Shown: piece by piece, positions 40,311 to 50,828 of the stretch
Layout: every line of letters begins with the position of its first letter
Position numbering within the stretch: position 1 is the first letter of the stretch
Assembly (NCBI GenBank): GCA_944322395.1
Contig: CALUPA010000002.1
Location: 18 to 64,017, forward strand
Direction: 5' to 3'
Length of the DNA: 64,000 nt
Origin: an uncultured Phocaeicola sp.
GTDB lineage: Bacteria; Bacteroidota; Bacteroidia; Bacteroidales; Bacteroidaceae
Notes under the pieces: generated by a model
Told to the model about the DNA's origin: nothing
What the model saw: the letters and a program-made list of their open reading frames with translations, nothing else
Databases searched by the model: none
Translations under genes and position numbers: made by a program

Positions 40311-41123
40311 ATGGTAAAAAGAGTATTGAAATATCTGTTTGCTATAGCCATTGTTTCTTCTGCCATAATATTATTGTTTTCAAAGAAAAAGGCTGAAGAG
40401 AAATTCTATCCTAGGGATTATAACGGAATAATAAGTTCCGGCATACTACGTGCTGTTACAGAGTATAATGCAGTTAGTTTTTATGTGGAAAACGGTTCCA
40501 TTTGCGGATTCGACTACGAACTTTTAAATGCATTTACAAAAGAAAAGGGAATAAAACTTGAAATGATACCAGAAATGAGTTTCGACAAGAGGCTCAAAGA
40601 GGTATGTTCAGGCAAATATGACATGATGGCATTAGGAACCGCAACTACCTCACAGCTTAAAGACAGTCTGCTTTTCACCAGTCCGTTTGCAATAGGGAAA
40701 CTAGTTCTGATACAAAGGACGGACAGCAAAGACAGTATAAAAAGTACACTTGACCTGGCAGGAAAAACAATACATATCATAAAAAACTCACCGGCAGGAA
40801 TGAGAATAAACAATCTCATGAACGAAATAGCCGACTCCATACATATAAAAGAGATAACTGATTACAGTACAGAACAGCTACTGGCAATGGTTTCTGCAGG
40901 TGATATAGATTATGCGGTCTGTGATGAAATTACAACAAAGGCATATATAAAGCATTTCAATAATCTGAACATAGACACCGACATAAGTTTTAATCAATTC
41001 TATTCTTGGGGAGTAAATAGAAATGCCCCTGTACTATTGGACAGCCTTAATATCTGGCTGGAAAGATATACAAAAACCAAAGATTACAAAACATTATACG
41101 ATAAATACTTTAACCGGAAATAG
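40311..41123 (+). CDS. Substrate-binding-domain protein (MltF N-terminal-like, no SLT domain)
   Basis: GILRAVTEYN, GFDYELL, GDIDYAVCD, LYDKYF. Confidence 0.8.
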   Translation: MVKRVLKYLFAIAIVSSAIILLFSKKKAEEKFYPRDYNGIISSGILRAVTEYNAVSFYVENGSICGFDYELLNAFTKEKGIKLEMIPEMSFDKRLKEVCSGKYDMMALGTATTSQLKDSLLFTSPFAIGKLVLIQRTDSKDSIKSTLDLAGKTIHIIKNSPAGMRINNLMNEIADSIHIKEITDYSTEQLLAMVSAGDIDYAVCDEITTKAYIKHFNNLNIDTDISFNQFYSWGVNRNAPVLLDSLNIWLERYTKTKDYKTLYDKYFNRK

Positions 41124-41130
41124 TTATTTT

Positions 41131-42120
41131 ATGATGACATTTGAAAAAGTAAACTGGGGATTCATAGGATGCGGTGAAGTAACTGAAAAGAAAAGCGGAC
41201 CAGCATTCAACATGGTAGAAGGCTCAAAAGTTGTAGCTGTAATGAGTCGTGATGAAGAAAAAGTGAAGTCGTACGCCCAAAGACATAATATACCTAAATG
41301 GTATACAGACGCACAGGAACTTATAGGAGACGAAGAAGTCAATGCTATTTACATAGCAACGCCGCCATCATCGCATGCCACATTTGCTATTATGGCAATG
41401 AAAGCGGGTAAGCCTGTATATATAGAAAAACCTATGGCAGCATCCTACGAAGACTGCGCAAGAATAAACCGTATATCAAAAGAGACAGGAATACCTTGTT
41501 TTGTAGCATATTACAGAAGATATTTACCATATTTCCAAAAGGTAAAAGAACTTGTGACATCAGGAGAAATAGGTAATGTTATAAACGTGCAAATAAGATT
41601 TGCCCAACCTCCAAGAGCTCTTGACTATAATACTAAAAACTTACCTTGGAGAGTACAGCCCGTTATCTCAGGAGGAGGATATTTTTATGACCTTGCACCT
41701 CATCAGCTTGATTTACTTCAAGATATGTTTGGATGTATACTGGAAGCGGAAGGATATAAAAGTAATCGCGGAGGCTTGTATGAAGCAGAAGATACAATCA
41801 GTGCCTGTTTTAAGTTCGATTCAGGACTTCCCGGCTCTGGTTCGTGGTGCTTTGTAGCACACGAATCAGCAAAAGAAGACAGAATAGAAATAATAGGTGA
41901 TAAAGGTATGATATGCTTCTCCATATTTACCTATGACCCTATAGCCCTACATACAGAAAGAGGACGAGAAGAAATTCTTCCACAAAATCCTCCACATGTG
42001 CAATTACCACTGATAAAGGCTGTTGTGGAACATTTGCAGGGTAAAAGTATATGTACATGCGACGGAATAAGTGCAACTCCAACGAACTGGGTAATGGACC
42101 GTATATTAAACAAACTGTAA
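41131..42120 (+). CDS. Gfo/Idh/MocA-family oxidoreductase
   Basis: WGFIGCG, YIATPPSSH, YIEKPMA, GGYFYDLAPHQLD. Start moved to the ATG at 41131. Confidence 0.9.
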   Translation: MMTFEKVNWGFIGCGEVTEKKSGPAFNMVEGSKVVAVMSRDEEKVKSYAQRHNIPKWYTDAQELIGDEEVNAIYIATPPSSHATFAIMAMKAGKPVYIEKPMAASYEDCARINRISKETGIPCFVAYYRRYLPYFQKVKELVTSGEIGNVINVQIRFAQPPRALDYNTKNLPWRVQPVISGGGYFYDLAPHQLDLLQDMFGCILEAEGYKSNRGGLYEAEDTISACFKFDSGLPGSGSWCFVAHESAKEDRIEIIGDKGMICFSIFTYDPIALHTERGREEILPQNPPHVQLPLIKAVVEHLQGKSICTCDGISATPTNWVMDRILNKL

Positions 42121-42126
42121 AAGCAT

Positions 42127-43257
42127 ATGTCGGCACGTATTATAATACTGATATTAACATTCATATTTCTTTCTGCCGGACTCTTTTCAAAAGAAAGAAA
42201 AAAAGAATATGTGCCGACACATATATACTATCCGTGTGACTCATTAAATACAAACAGACTATATAAAAACAAGTTTATAAACAACTCTGTTAATCTTTTT
42301 AATAAAGCTGTTGACTGGTTTAATAAAACCGATACATCTTTTGTATTACCTAACAAATACAATCTCACCTTAATGCTTGAACAAAGTACATGGTTCGAGC
42401 ATTACCATCTGAGAAGCGACAACAATGACGGAAATCAAATACTGGGTTTCGCACCTAAAGCAAATACAAAACTAGGACTTTATTTTGGATGGAGATGGAT
42501 ATTTCTTGGATATTCTTTCGACATAAGCAGTCTGTTTAAAAATACAAGAGAGAAACCTCGTACTGAAATTGTATTCAATCTATATAGCGCAAAATTCGGA
42601 CTGGATTTATATTACAGAAAAACCGGAAGTGATTTTAGAATAACAAAATGTAAAAATTTCAATCTTTCTGAGGATTATATTGGTACAAACTTCAGCGGAT
42701 TCAACAGCCACATTAAAGGACTAAATGCATACTACATCTTCAAGAGTGACAAGTATTCGTACCCAGCCGCATATAGCCAGTCAACCAATCAGATAAAAAA
42801 CTGCGGATCTCCGATGGTGGGTTTTGCATATTCCCAGCATGAAATAAATTTCGACAAGAATAAACTTCCTCAAGAAATTCAGGAACAAATAAGTCCTTCA
42901 TTAAATTTCAAAAGTCTTAGCTATACAGATTATAACCTTAGTATAGGTTACGGATATAATTGGGTATTTGCAAAAAATTGCCTTCTAAACATATCTTTAT
43001 TACCAGCCATAGGCTACAAAAAAGCCAGAATAAATGATCTTCCCACAACTCCTGAATACAACTGGACACAATGGGTAAAAGACATTAATTTCGACCTGAT
43101 AACAAGAGCAGGAATAACATGGAACAACGGTAAGTATTACGTCGGAGCAACACTTATACTTCACACTTATGATTACCGTAAAGGAAATCTGTCAATGACA
43201 AATTCTTTTGGAAGTTTAAAGGTATATGCAGGATTTAATTTCTGGAAAAGGAAATAA
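42127..43257 (+). CDS. DUF4421-like outer-membrane beta-barrel protein
   Basis: GLYFGWRWIFLGYS, YSYPAAYSQSTNQ; C-terminal VYAGFNF. Confidence 0.7.
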   Translation: MSARIIILILTFIFLSAGLFSKERKKEYVPTHIYYPCDSLNTNRLYKNKFINNSVNLFNKAVDWFNKTDTSFVLPNKYNLTLMLEQSTWFEHYHLRSDNNDGNQILGFAPKANTKLGLYFGWRWIFLGYSFDISSLFKNTREKPRTEIVFNLYSAKFGLDLYYRKTGSDFRITKCKNFNLSEDYIGTNFSGFNSHIKGLNAYYIFKSDKYSYPAAYSQSTNQIKNCGSPMVGFAYSQHEINFDKNKLPQEIQEQISPSLNFKSLSYTDYNLSIGYGYNWVFAKNCLLNISLLPAIGYKKARINDLPTTPEYNWTQWVKDINFDLITRAGITWNNGKYYVGATLILHTYDYRKGNLSMTNSFGSLKVYAGFNFWKRK

Positions 43258-43475
43258 ATTAAATCACATTGGACAAAACTTCATTTTTCGTTGTTCAATA
43301 AAAATACATCCATCTTGATAATATACTCTATTCTATCAGTAAGATTTATAAAGCCTCTATTATTTATCATATAGTAAAAAAAATGAATATTTTTACAATT
43401 TACCAAAAGAGATATTAATTTAATATATATTTTTGTGAATAAAAAAGAAGAGGCAACAAATAAATCAAAAAAATT

Positions 43476-44909
43476 ATGAAAACATTATTAAACAAGAAAG
43501 TTTTTGTAGCTATATCAATATTAGCAACAACTTTCACTGCTCAAGCACAGTATTTGCGTACTTCTTATTTTATGGAAGGTGCAAGCACACGAATTCAAAT
43601 GAACCCGGGGTTACAACCTACTAGAGGCTATTTAAACTTACCACTAATCGGTAATTTCAACGTATCAGCGAACACAAATTCTTTAGGAATTAATGATGTC
43701 ATTGATATTACTAAAGATGGTAACGATTTTTTAAACAACAACACCCTTTACAACTCTTTGCTTCAGGAAAACAGATTAAATATGAACCTGAACGCAAATA
43801 TTCTATCTTTCGGATGGTACAGAGGTAAAAATTTCTGGTCTTTCAATGCAGGTTTGCGCATGGATATAGATGCACAAATCAATAAAGATATGTTTACAAT
43901 GATGAGAAACATGAATGGTTTTGATATTGAAAGTGTTGCTGGACAAAAACAAAGATACAACATGGGGAATCAGTCTGTCAACATGAATGCTTATGCTGAA
44001 GTAGGACTGGGATTGTCGAGAAGAATCACAGAGAAACTTACTATAGGTGCAAGAGCAAAAGTATTGTTGGGACTTGCTCGTACTGAAGTAAACATTGAAC
44101 AGTTTGATCTTGATTTGGATATCCCTGAAGTTCCAAACACCGGAAACATGACTCAAGAAGAATTGATGAACTACGAATTCAACGAAGAGGATTGGTATGG
44201 AAAAGGTTATAGCTATAATGCAAAAGCAAATGTAGTAACAACACTAAAAGGTGGAGGTATGACATTTGATGAAAACAATATGATTACTGGTTTCAACCTA
44301 GACGCAAATAACCTTGGAATAGCAGGAACAGGATTTGGTGTTGATTTTGGAGCTAGTTATAGTATATTCAAGAACCTGACTATATCTGCTGCTGTTCTAG
44401 ACCTTGGTGTAATGAAATGGAACAAAAATAATACAACCATAGCAGAAGTTAATGGCTCAGAAAATGTTATAATTGATGCCAACAATTATGAACAGTATAT
44501 CGGTGGTGATCTTCTTTCATTAGAAAGATTCGACTTCAAGAAAGAGGAAGAAGCTGACTATAAATCAAGTACAAAACTTTCAACAACAGTTCTGGTTGGA
44601 GCTGAGTACGGTTTATTTAACAACAAACTAAGTGTTGGTGCAATATATTCATCACGTTTCGTACAACCTAAAACACAAACAGAATTAACATTCCTAGCTA
44701 CATTACGTCCTTCAAATGCATTAAATTTGGCAGTTAGCTACTCGCCAATTCTATCAGGAGGTAAATCATTTGGTTTGGCATTAAAACTAGGTCCTCTTTT
44801 TGCAGGAACAGACTATATGTACTTCGGTGAAAATTCTAAGACCGTAAATGCTTTCGTAGGTTTCTCACTTCCACTTGGAGGAAAACGTAAGCCTTTCTCT
44901 GAACTTTAA
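43476..44909 (+). CDS. DUF5723-like outer-membrane beta-barrel protein
   Basis: QYLRTSYFM...MNP, ILSFGW, GFGVDFGASY, SAAVLDLG..W. Confidence 0.72.
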   Translation: MKTLLNKKVFVAISILATTFTAQAQYLRTSYFMEGASTRIQMNPGLQPTRGYLNLPLIGNFNVSANTNSLGINDVIDITKDGNDFLNNNTLYNSLLQENRLNMNLNANILSFGWYRGKNFWSFNAGLRMDIDAQINKDMFTMMRNMNGFDIESVAGQKQRYNMGNQSVNMNAYAEVGLGLSRRITEKLTIGARAKVLLGLARTEVNIEQFDLDLDIPEVPNTGNMTQEELMNYEFNEEDWYGKGYSYNAKANVVTTLKGGGMTFDENNMITGFNLDANNLGIAGTGFGVDFGASYSIFKNLTISAAVLDLGVMKWNKNNTTIAEVNGSENVIIDANNYEQYIGGDLLSLERFDFKKEEEADYKSSTKLSTTVLVGAEYGLFNNKLSVGAIYSSRFVQPKTQTELTFLATLRPSNALNLAVSYSPILSGGKSFGLALKLGPLFAGTDYMYFGENSKTVNAFVGFSLPLGGKRKPFSEL

Positions 44910-44932
44910 ATAAAAGTAATATTTCAAAATTC

Positions 44933-44972
44933 AGCACCTGTTGCAAATCTATCTTGCGGCAGGTGCTTTTTT
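44933..44972 (+). terminator. Intrinsic terminator
   Basis: agcacctgttgcaa...ttgcggcaggtgct followed by a T-run. Confidence 0.8.
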
Positions 44973-45101
44973 ATTTATAAACTAAACAAATGTAATCTGA
45001 TTATACATAAAAGACTTATATATTGAATATTCAAACAACTTTTATTACTTTTGCAATCGATTATACATTTCTGAAAAACAAATAATAATAAGATATAAAT
45101 C

Positions 45102-47434
45102 ATGGAATTAGCAAGTAAGTACAATCCCGCAGATGTGGAAGGAAAATGGTACCAGTATTGGCTGGACAACAAACTTTTCAGTTCTAAACCGGACGGACGC
45201 GAACCATATACCGTCGTAATCCCACCTCCTAACGTAACAGGAGTGCTCCACATGGGACACATGCTTAACAATACTATACAGGACATCCTCGTACGTCGTG
45301 CACGTATGATGGGAAAGAATGCATGTTGGGTTCCTGGTACTGACCACGCATCTATCGCTACAGAAGCTAAAGTAGTAAACAAACTGGCTCAGCAGGGAAT
45401 CAAGAAAACCGACCTGACAAGAGAGGAATTCCTGAAACATGCATGGGAATGGACAGACGAACACGGAGGTATAATCCTAAAACAGTTGCGTAAACTAGGC
45501 GCTTCATGCGACTGGGACCGCACTGCTTTCACTATGGATGAAGAAAGAAGCAAGAGTGTGATAAAAGTATTCGTAGACCTTTATAATAAGGGACTTATTT
45601 ACCGCGGTGTGCGTATGGTGAACTGGGACCCTAAAGCTCTGACTGCTCTTTCTGACGAAGAAGTCATCTATAAGGAAGAACATAGCAAGCTTTTCTACCT
45701 GAGATACAAGGTTGAAGGTGATGCAGAAGGACGTTACGCCGTGGTTGCAACTACACGTCCTGAAACAATCATGGGTGATACAGCTATGTGTATCAATCCC
45801 AACGACCCTAAGAACGAATGGCTTAAGGGGAAGAAAGTGATTGTCCCGTTGGTGAACAGAGTAATCCCTGTTATAGAAGATGACTATGTAGATATAGAAT
45901 TCGGTACAGGATGCTTGAAGGTTACTCCTGCACATGATGTAAACGACTACATGCTTGGTGAAAAATATAACCTACAGTCAATTGATATATTTAATGACAA
46001 TGGTACAATCAGCGAAGCTGCTGGAATGTACGTTGGCATGGATCGCTTCGATGTTCGTGAACAGATAGAAAAAGACCTTGCAGCAGCAGGATTGCTTGAA
46101 AAGGTTGAAGCATATAACAATAAGGTCGGTTTCTCTGAACGTACAAACGTAGCCATCGAGCCTAAGCTGTCAATGCAATGGTTCCTCAAGATGAAACACT
46201 TTGCAGACATGGCTTTGCCTCCTGTAATGAACGACGAACTGAAATTCTATCCTGCAAAATACAAGAATACTTACAAATACTGGATGGAGAACATCAAGGA
46301 CTGGTGTATCAGCCGTCAGTTGTGGTGGGGACACAGAATTCCTGCTTACTTCTTGCCTCAGGGCGGATTCGTAGTGGCAGAAACAGCTGAAGAAGCTTCG
46401 GCCGTAAGATGTCCAAGTCACTTGGTAACTCGCCTGACCCACTTGAACTGATTGATAAATATGGTGCCGACGGCGTACGTATGGGTATGATGCTTGCTGC
46501 TCCTGCAGGAAACGATATTCTGTTTGATGACGCTCTCTGCGAACAGGGACGTAACTTCAACAACAAGATATGGAATGCATTCCGTCTGGTTAAGGGATGG
46601 AACGTAGAAGGAAACGAACAGCCTGAATATGCACGCCTGGCAACAGAATGGTTCGAAGCAATGCTTGCCAAGACTACTGCAGAAGTAAACGACTTGTTCG
46701 GTAAATATCGTCTGAGCGAAGCTCTTATGGTAGTTTACAAGCTGTTCTGGGACGAATTCTCAAGCTGGTATCTTGAAATGGTAAAACCTGTATACGGACA
46801 GCCTATTGACAGCGTGACATACGAAAAGACTTTGAGTTTCTTCGACACACTACTCAAGCTTCTGCATCCGTTTATGCCATTCATCACTGAAGAGTTGTGG
46901 CAGCACATCTACGACCGTAAGGATGGCGAAAGCATCATGACTCAGACTATTGCAATGACAGAAACTTACGATGAAGCTATCATCAACAAATTTGAAGCTG
47001 TGAAGGAAGTTATCGGTGGTATCCGCACTATCAGACTTCAGAAGAACATTGCTCAGAAAGAGGCTCTGAATCTTGAAGTGGTTGGAGAAAGTCCTGTAGC
47101 AGACTTCAATGCAGTGATAGAGAAATTGTGTAATCTGTCTGCAATAGCACAGGTAGATGCAAAGGCAGAAGGTGCAGCTTCATTCATGGTTGGAACTACT
47201 GAATATGCAGTTCCTCTGGGCAACCTTATCAACGTGGAAGAAGAGCTTAAGAAGCTCGAAGCAGACCTGAAATATCAGGAAGGATTCCTTATGAGCGTAA
47301 TGAAGAAACTCGGCAATGAGAAGTTTGTAAGCAAGGCTCCTGCCAATGTCATTGAAATGGAACGCAAGAAACAGGCTGATGCTGAAACCAAAATTGCTGC
47401 TTTGAAGGAAAGTATAGCTGCTCTGAGAAAATAA
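45102..47434 (+). pseudogene. valS: Valyl-tRNA synthetase, interrupted by an apparent ~300-nt internal deletion and frameshift at 46398-46399 (probably an assembly artefact)
   Basis: The first ORF has PPPNVTG.LHMGH, TTRPET and [12 protein letters not shown]. The sequence resumes in another frame at GRKMSKS. The conserved LDTWFSS and DIIFFWVARM segments are missing. -7 box TACTTTTG at 45046-45053. Confidence 0.88.
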
Positions 47435-47470
47435 CTGCTGAACGGCGAATAAACGCTATATGAAAGAAGA

Positions 47471-47633
47471 GAAGGTGTGTCAAAACTAAAATGACTACTC
47501 CTCAAAGTTACAATAATATTTAAAAGGGTCGTATCAAGCTCTGTATTGAGTAATGATACGACCTTTTTTTAGTCTTTTAGAATGCTCAAATTTCGAATTA
47601 TATGTTCATATTTTCAAAAAATGAGTTTTGACA
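47471..47633. mobile_element. Short non-coding IS-derived/MITE-like element
   Basis: Starts gaaggtgtgtcaaaactaaaa. tgtcaaaact (47478-47487) is inverted at agttttgaca (47624-47633). Internal hairpin ggtcgtatca/tgatacgacc. A similar end occurs at 48795-48814. Confidence 0.55.
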
Positions 47634-47846
47634 ATCAAAAACAACAAACATAAATTAACACGAAATCAAATATAATTTCGTATTAATTGATTAAATTTGA
47701 GAATTAAAATAAATCATTTTTTATCGGGTTTGCCACCCAATAAAAATTACTTTCTCCTTTTTAACCTAATCATGATGTCGGCATGATATTATTTTCGGTT
47801 CTTTGCATGATGTGTTTTATTATCTATTAATTTTAAATCAAAAGTT

Positions 47847-48136
47847 ATGAAAATTGTGGATATTCATCCTTTCATGACAGACAGAGTACGCATCATTGCT
47901 TATGCAGTCAACTATAAAGAAGGTGGATAAGTGTCATCAATGCTAACTAGAATTCGGCCAATCCCTACTTTATATACCGTAGAGCAAATGGAAAGCGTAT
48001 AATATCCCAAGAATACTTCTACTTTAACTGGGGATGGGGTATTCTCAATGCATGGATTATAAAGCCGGCTAACGGTATTCCTCACTTAGAGGGTTTCACC
48101 AATAATATCAAATACTTAACCATACAAAAGCCATGA
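47847..48136 (+). pseudogene. Relic of a C10 (streptopain/SpeB-like) peptidase gene
   Basis: MKIVDIHPF...AYAVNYKEGG* then, after frameshifts, SVINA and TRIRPI (propeptide-like), joined to EYFYFNWGWG...FTNNIKYLTIQKP* (C10 C-terminus). The catalytic Cys/His region is absent. Confidence 0.6.
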
Positions 48137-48723
48137 GAAACACTTACTTATTAATATTATTTTTCATCAATCTGTTCCTTAGTGCCTGCTCGAAAGAAAA
48201 ATTAGATGATAACTCACCTCTAATCATTACTGATTATTCTATAAGCGTACGTTTGACAGACTTGACAGGGAATAATTTAACAATGGAATTACCTTTGGAA
48301 ATTCTGTCAGAATATGCAAATGGAGTCAAGGAGTATACGATAAAAGAAGGAGATTCCCATTTCTACCTTGATGGAAAAGAAATGATACCATTAGTACAAG
48401 AAGGAATTGAAAGAGACAAAATACTTTTTAGACGTGTTACTGTACAGCCATCCACTTCAAGAGTTACACCTTGTATCGACTTTACCTTTGGCTATCTTCC
48501 GGACTTCACCGAATTCACCCCTGGTAAACGTATACAACCCACACATACATACGAATACAGATTCACTCTACCCAGTATGTTTGGCGAAGAAGAACAAGTC
48601 ATAACTATCCAATGCGAAGCTCGCAACTTCTATACCCCGGCATACAGAAAAGTGTTTATAAATGGAATAGAATCGGAAAGTAATGATATAAACAATATTA
48701 CACTTATAGTAGATAAGGACTAA
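48133..48723 (+). CDS. Hypothetical lipoprotein
   Basis: Lipobox FLSAC-S; ATGA overlap with the stop of the C10 relic. Confidence 0.75.
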   Translation: MRNTYLLILFFINLFLSACSKEKLDDNSPLIITDYSISVRLTDLTGNNLTMELPLEILSEYANGVKEYTIKEGDSHFYLDGKEMIPLVQEGIERDKILFRRVTVQPSTSRVTPCIDFTFGYLPDFTEFTPGKRIQPTHTYEYRFTLPSMFGEEEQVITIQCEARNFYTPAYRKVFINGIESESNDINNITLIVDKD

Positions 48724-48814
48724 ACCTGATAGAGTAAAAGAAACGAAAATCATTTTTTATGAAAATTAGAAGCCAAAGATTATATAAAGAAAAAGAGGGT
48801 GCGTCAAACTAAAA

Positions 48815-49230
48815 GTACAGCCGTCCACGATAGTGTATAACCTATAAAAAGATAGCCGTCCAGATTTTTGGGCGACTATCTTGATGTTTTTTCCATCTGT
48901 CTGGGAGCAAATCACTATATTTATCTATAGGGGTATTAGGAGGCAATGCGTCAAAACGGTCTATAATATAGCAGAAGTGTTCAAATATGTTTATTCCACA
49001 TCTATAGCATGTTATGGCTAATGAATGGTACAACACGGCCACTTCGGCTCCGGTATAAGATCCGATTGTCAAACGTCTTCGTGTCAGTGATATATACCTG
49101 TTGACCCGTTCAACTTCATTGTTGTCAAGCCTGTATGTAGGAAAAGAGAAGATTGCATGGATTTCATTCCACTGTTTCAGCGCATGTTCTGCAGCCGCAT
49201 TCAGAGGATCGTCAGGAAGTATTAAATAGA
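48815..49230 (-). mobile_element. IS66-family transposase (TnpC) C-terminal fragment with one element end
   Basis: Open frame ...EHALKQWNEI...YRLDNNEVERVNR...GSYTGAE..AVLYHSLAITC...GIN...LLPDRWK (stop at 48842). The putative end begins GTAcagccgtcc at 48815. Confidence 0.8.
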
Positions 49231-49232
49231 TT

Positions 49233-50231
49233 CTATCTGATATGATGTAGCTTAATCACCTCACCTAACTCAGGGACAATGATATCCATATTCCTCTTTT
49301 CCGCTTCGGCTGCAAAGACATGAGGAGGGTCAAAAAGAGGTTCGTCCGAAAGGTCGAATGTTCCGTAATGCATAGGTATCGTCACACGCGCCCCCATTTC
49401 TGCTGATGCCGTGAGAGCATCGTACGGTGATATATGGTTTGGTTTCATAAACCAGCGTGGCTTGTACGCACCTATACCTATCATGCAATAGTCGATATGA
49501 GGAAATATATCCGGCAACTCCTTAAAATGATGCGCATAGCCGGTATCACCGCTGTTGTATATGGTTATACCGTCTGCCTGTATCATAAATGCTCCCCAAA
49601 GACGTTCTCCCCCGTCGCTTACACCTCTCTTGCTCCAATGCTGAGCCGGAAGGAAAGTAAGACAAAGCCCTTCATCCTTATGCTGTTGATACCAACCGGC
49701 CTCAATCACCTCCATATCCGGGAACCACCCCTGTATAAGCTTACCTGTGCCTATTCCACAGAAAAGTTTCATACCCGGGTTTTCCGAGAACAGCCGTGTC
49801 ACACTCGGTTTGTCAAGATGGTCGAAATGGTCATGACTGATAAGCAGATAGTCTATATTCTTAAAAACTGAAGGATTGGCAGGAAAAGTACTGCGCCTCT
49901 TCACAAAAGGAATACTTCCAAACACAGGGTCTATCATAAAACGTTTTCCGCCAAGCTGGAGGAAAAACGAATTGTGTCCGAGCCATATCAGAGCATTACC
50001 CGTAGCAGCATCAAGGTCATGAAGGTATTTTACTTTAGGCGCCCATTTGATGCTGCGTTTCTCCTTTCTCTGAGGATTGGGCGAGAAGCGCCATTTCAAT
50101 ATGCTTCCCACTCCGGGACGCCATCTGTGCTGACGGTTAAAGAACTTACCTTTAACGGAAGGATTACCGCGCCATCGTGGGTTTACGGTGTGTAATTGCT
50201 CATTTCTTCTAAACGATATCCTTTCTCCCAT
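49233..50231 (-). CDS. MBL-fold metallo-hydrolase (RomA/NAPE-PLD-like)
   Basis: WLGHNS, ISHDHFDHLD, PAQHWSKR, SGDTGY, IGAYKPRW, PMHYGTF. Confidence 0.9.
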   Translation of the reverse strand: MGERISFRRNEQLHTVNPRWRGNPSVKGKFFNRQHRWRPGVGSILKWRFSPNPQRKEKRSIKWAPKVKYLHDLDAATGNALIWLGHNSFFLQLGGKRFMIDPVFGSIPFVKRRSTFPANPSVFKNIDYLLISHDHFDHLDKPSVTRLFSENPGMKLFCGIGTGKLIQGWFPDMEVIEAGWYQQHKDEGLCLTFLPAQHWSKRGVSDGGERLWGAFMIQADGITIYNSGDTGYAHHFKELPDIFPHIDYCMIGIGAYKPRWFMKPNHISPYDALTASAEMGARVTIPMHYGTFDLSDEPLFDPPHVFAAEAEKRNMDIIVPELGEVIKLHHIR

Positions 50232-50317
50232 ATACTTCGTATAAATATAAAACAAAAGCCGGGGAAAGACTTCTGATGCAAATGCATAGTCTTACCCCGA
50301 CCGTCACAATTTCTTCA

Positions 50318-50773
50318 TTATTTCTCCAAGAGTTCCTTTAGAAAAGCATCGAGTTCTTCGTCAAGCCCCTTCAGAAGCTCATCGTTAAGCAAAAGGGTGT
50401 CCTCATCATCAACCAACATCAGTTCGGCAACCGTTTCCTTGTCATCATCAACCAACACAAAAGAATATGGTTTCATCAAAGACAGTTTCTCGAAATATCC
50501 CTGGTCGCTCAATGCAACAATCTCTGAACGTAAAAGCGGTTCGACTTCTGCAATGAAGTTTTCAGAATCGCATTCCACCCATTCGTCTATTATGGTACGC
50601 GCCAATTCTTCATCGTCATCGTTAAAAATCATAAGTTCGCCACTGTCCTGTTTCGGCTGCAGATGAATATCTGTAACAACAGTATTTTCATCTCCCGACA
50701 CATATCGACATAATGCTTCTCTTATGGATGACGATATGGCTGCACGTGTTTTTTCGCTAACATTCATAGGCAT
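50318..50773 (-). CDS. Acidic hypothetical protein
   Basis: Clean 151-aa ORF (TDIHLQ...KPYSFVLVDD...GLDEELDAFL). -7 box TAATTTTG at 50790-50797. Confidence 0.8.
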   Translation of the reverse strand: MPMNVSEKTRAAISSSIREALCRYVSGDENTVVTDIHLQPKQDSGELMIFNDDDEELARTIIDEWVECDSENFIAEVEPLLRSEIVALSDQGYFEKLSLMKPYSFVLVDDDKETVAELMLVDDEDTLLLNDELLKGLDEELDAFLKELLEK

Positions 50774-50828
50774 AAAATATTTATTACCTCAAAATTACTA
50801 AAAATTATAATGTTTCAAAATAAACAGG

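Noticed and set aside
46309..46451. Programmed frameshift or natural split gene in valS
   Set aside because: About 100 conserved codons are physically missing, so recoding could not restore the protein; no slippery sequence is evident.
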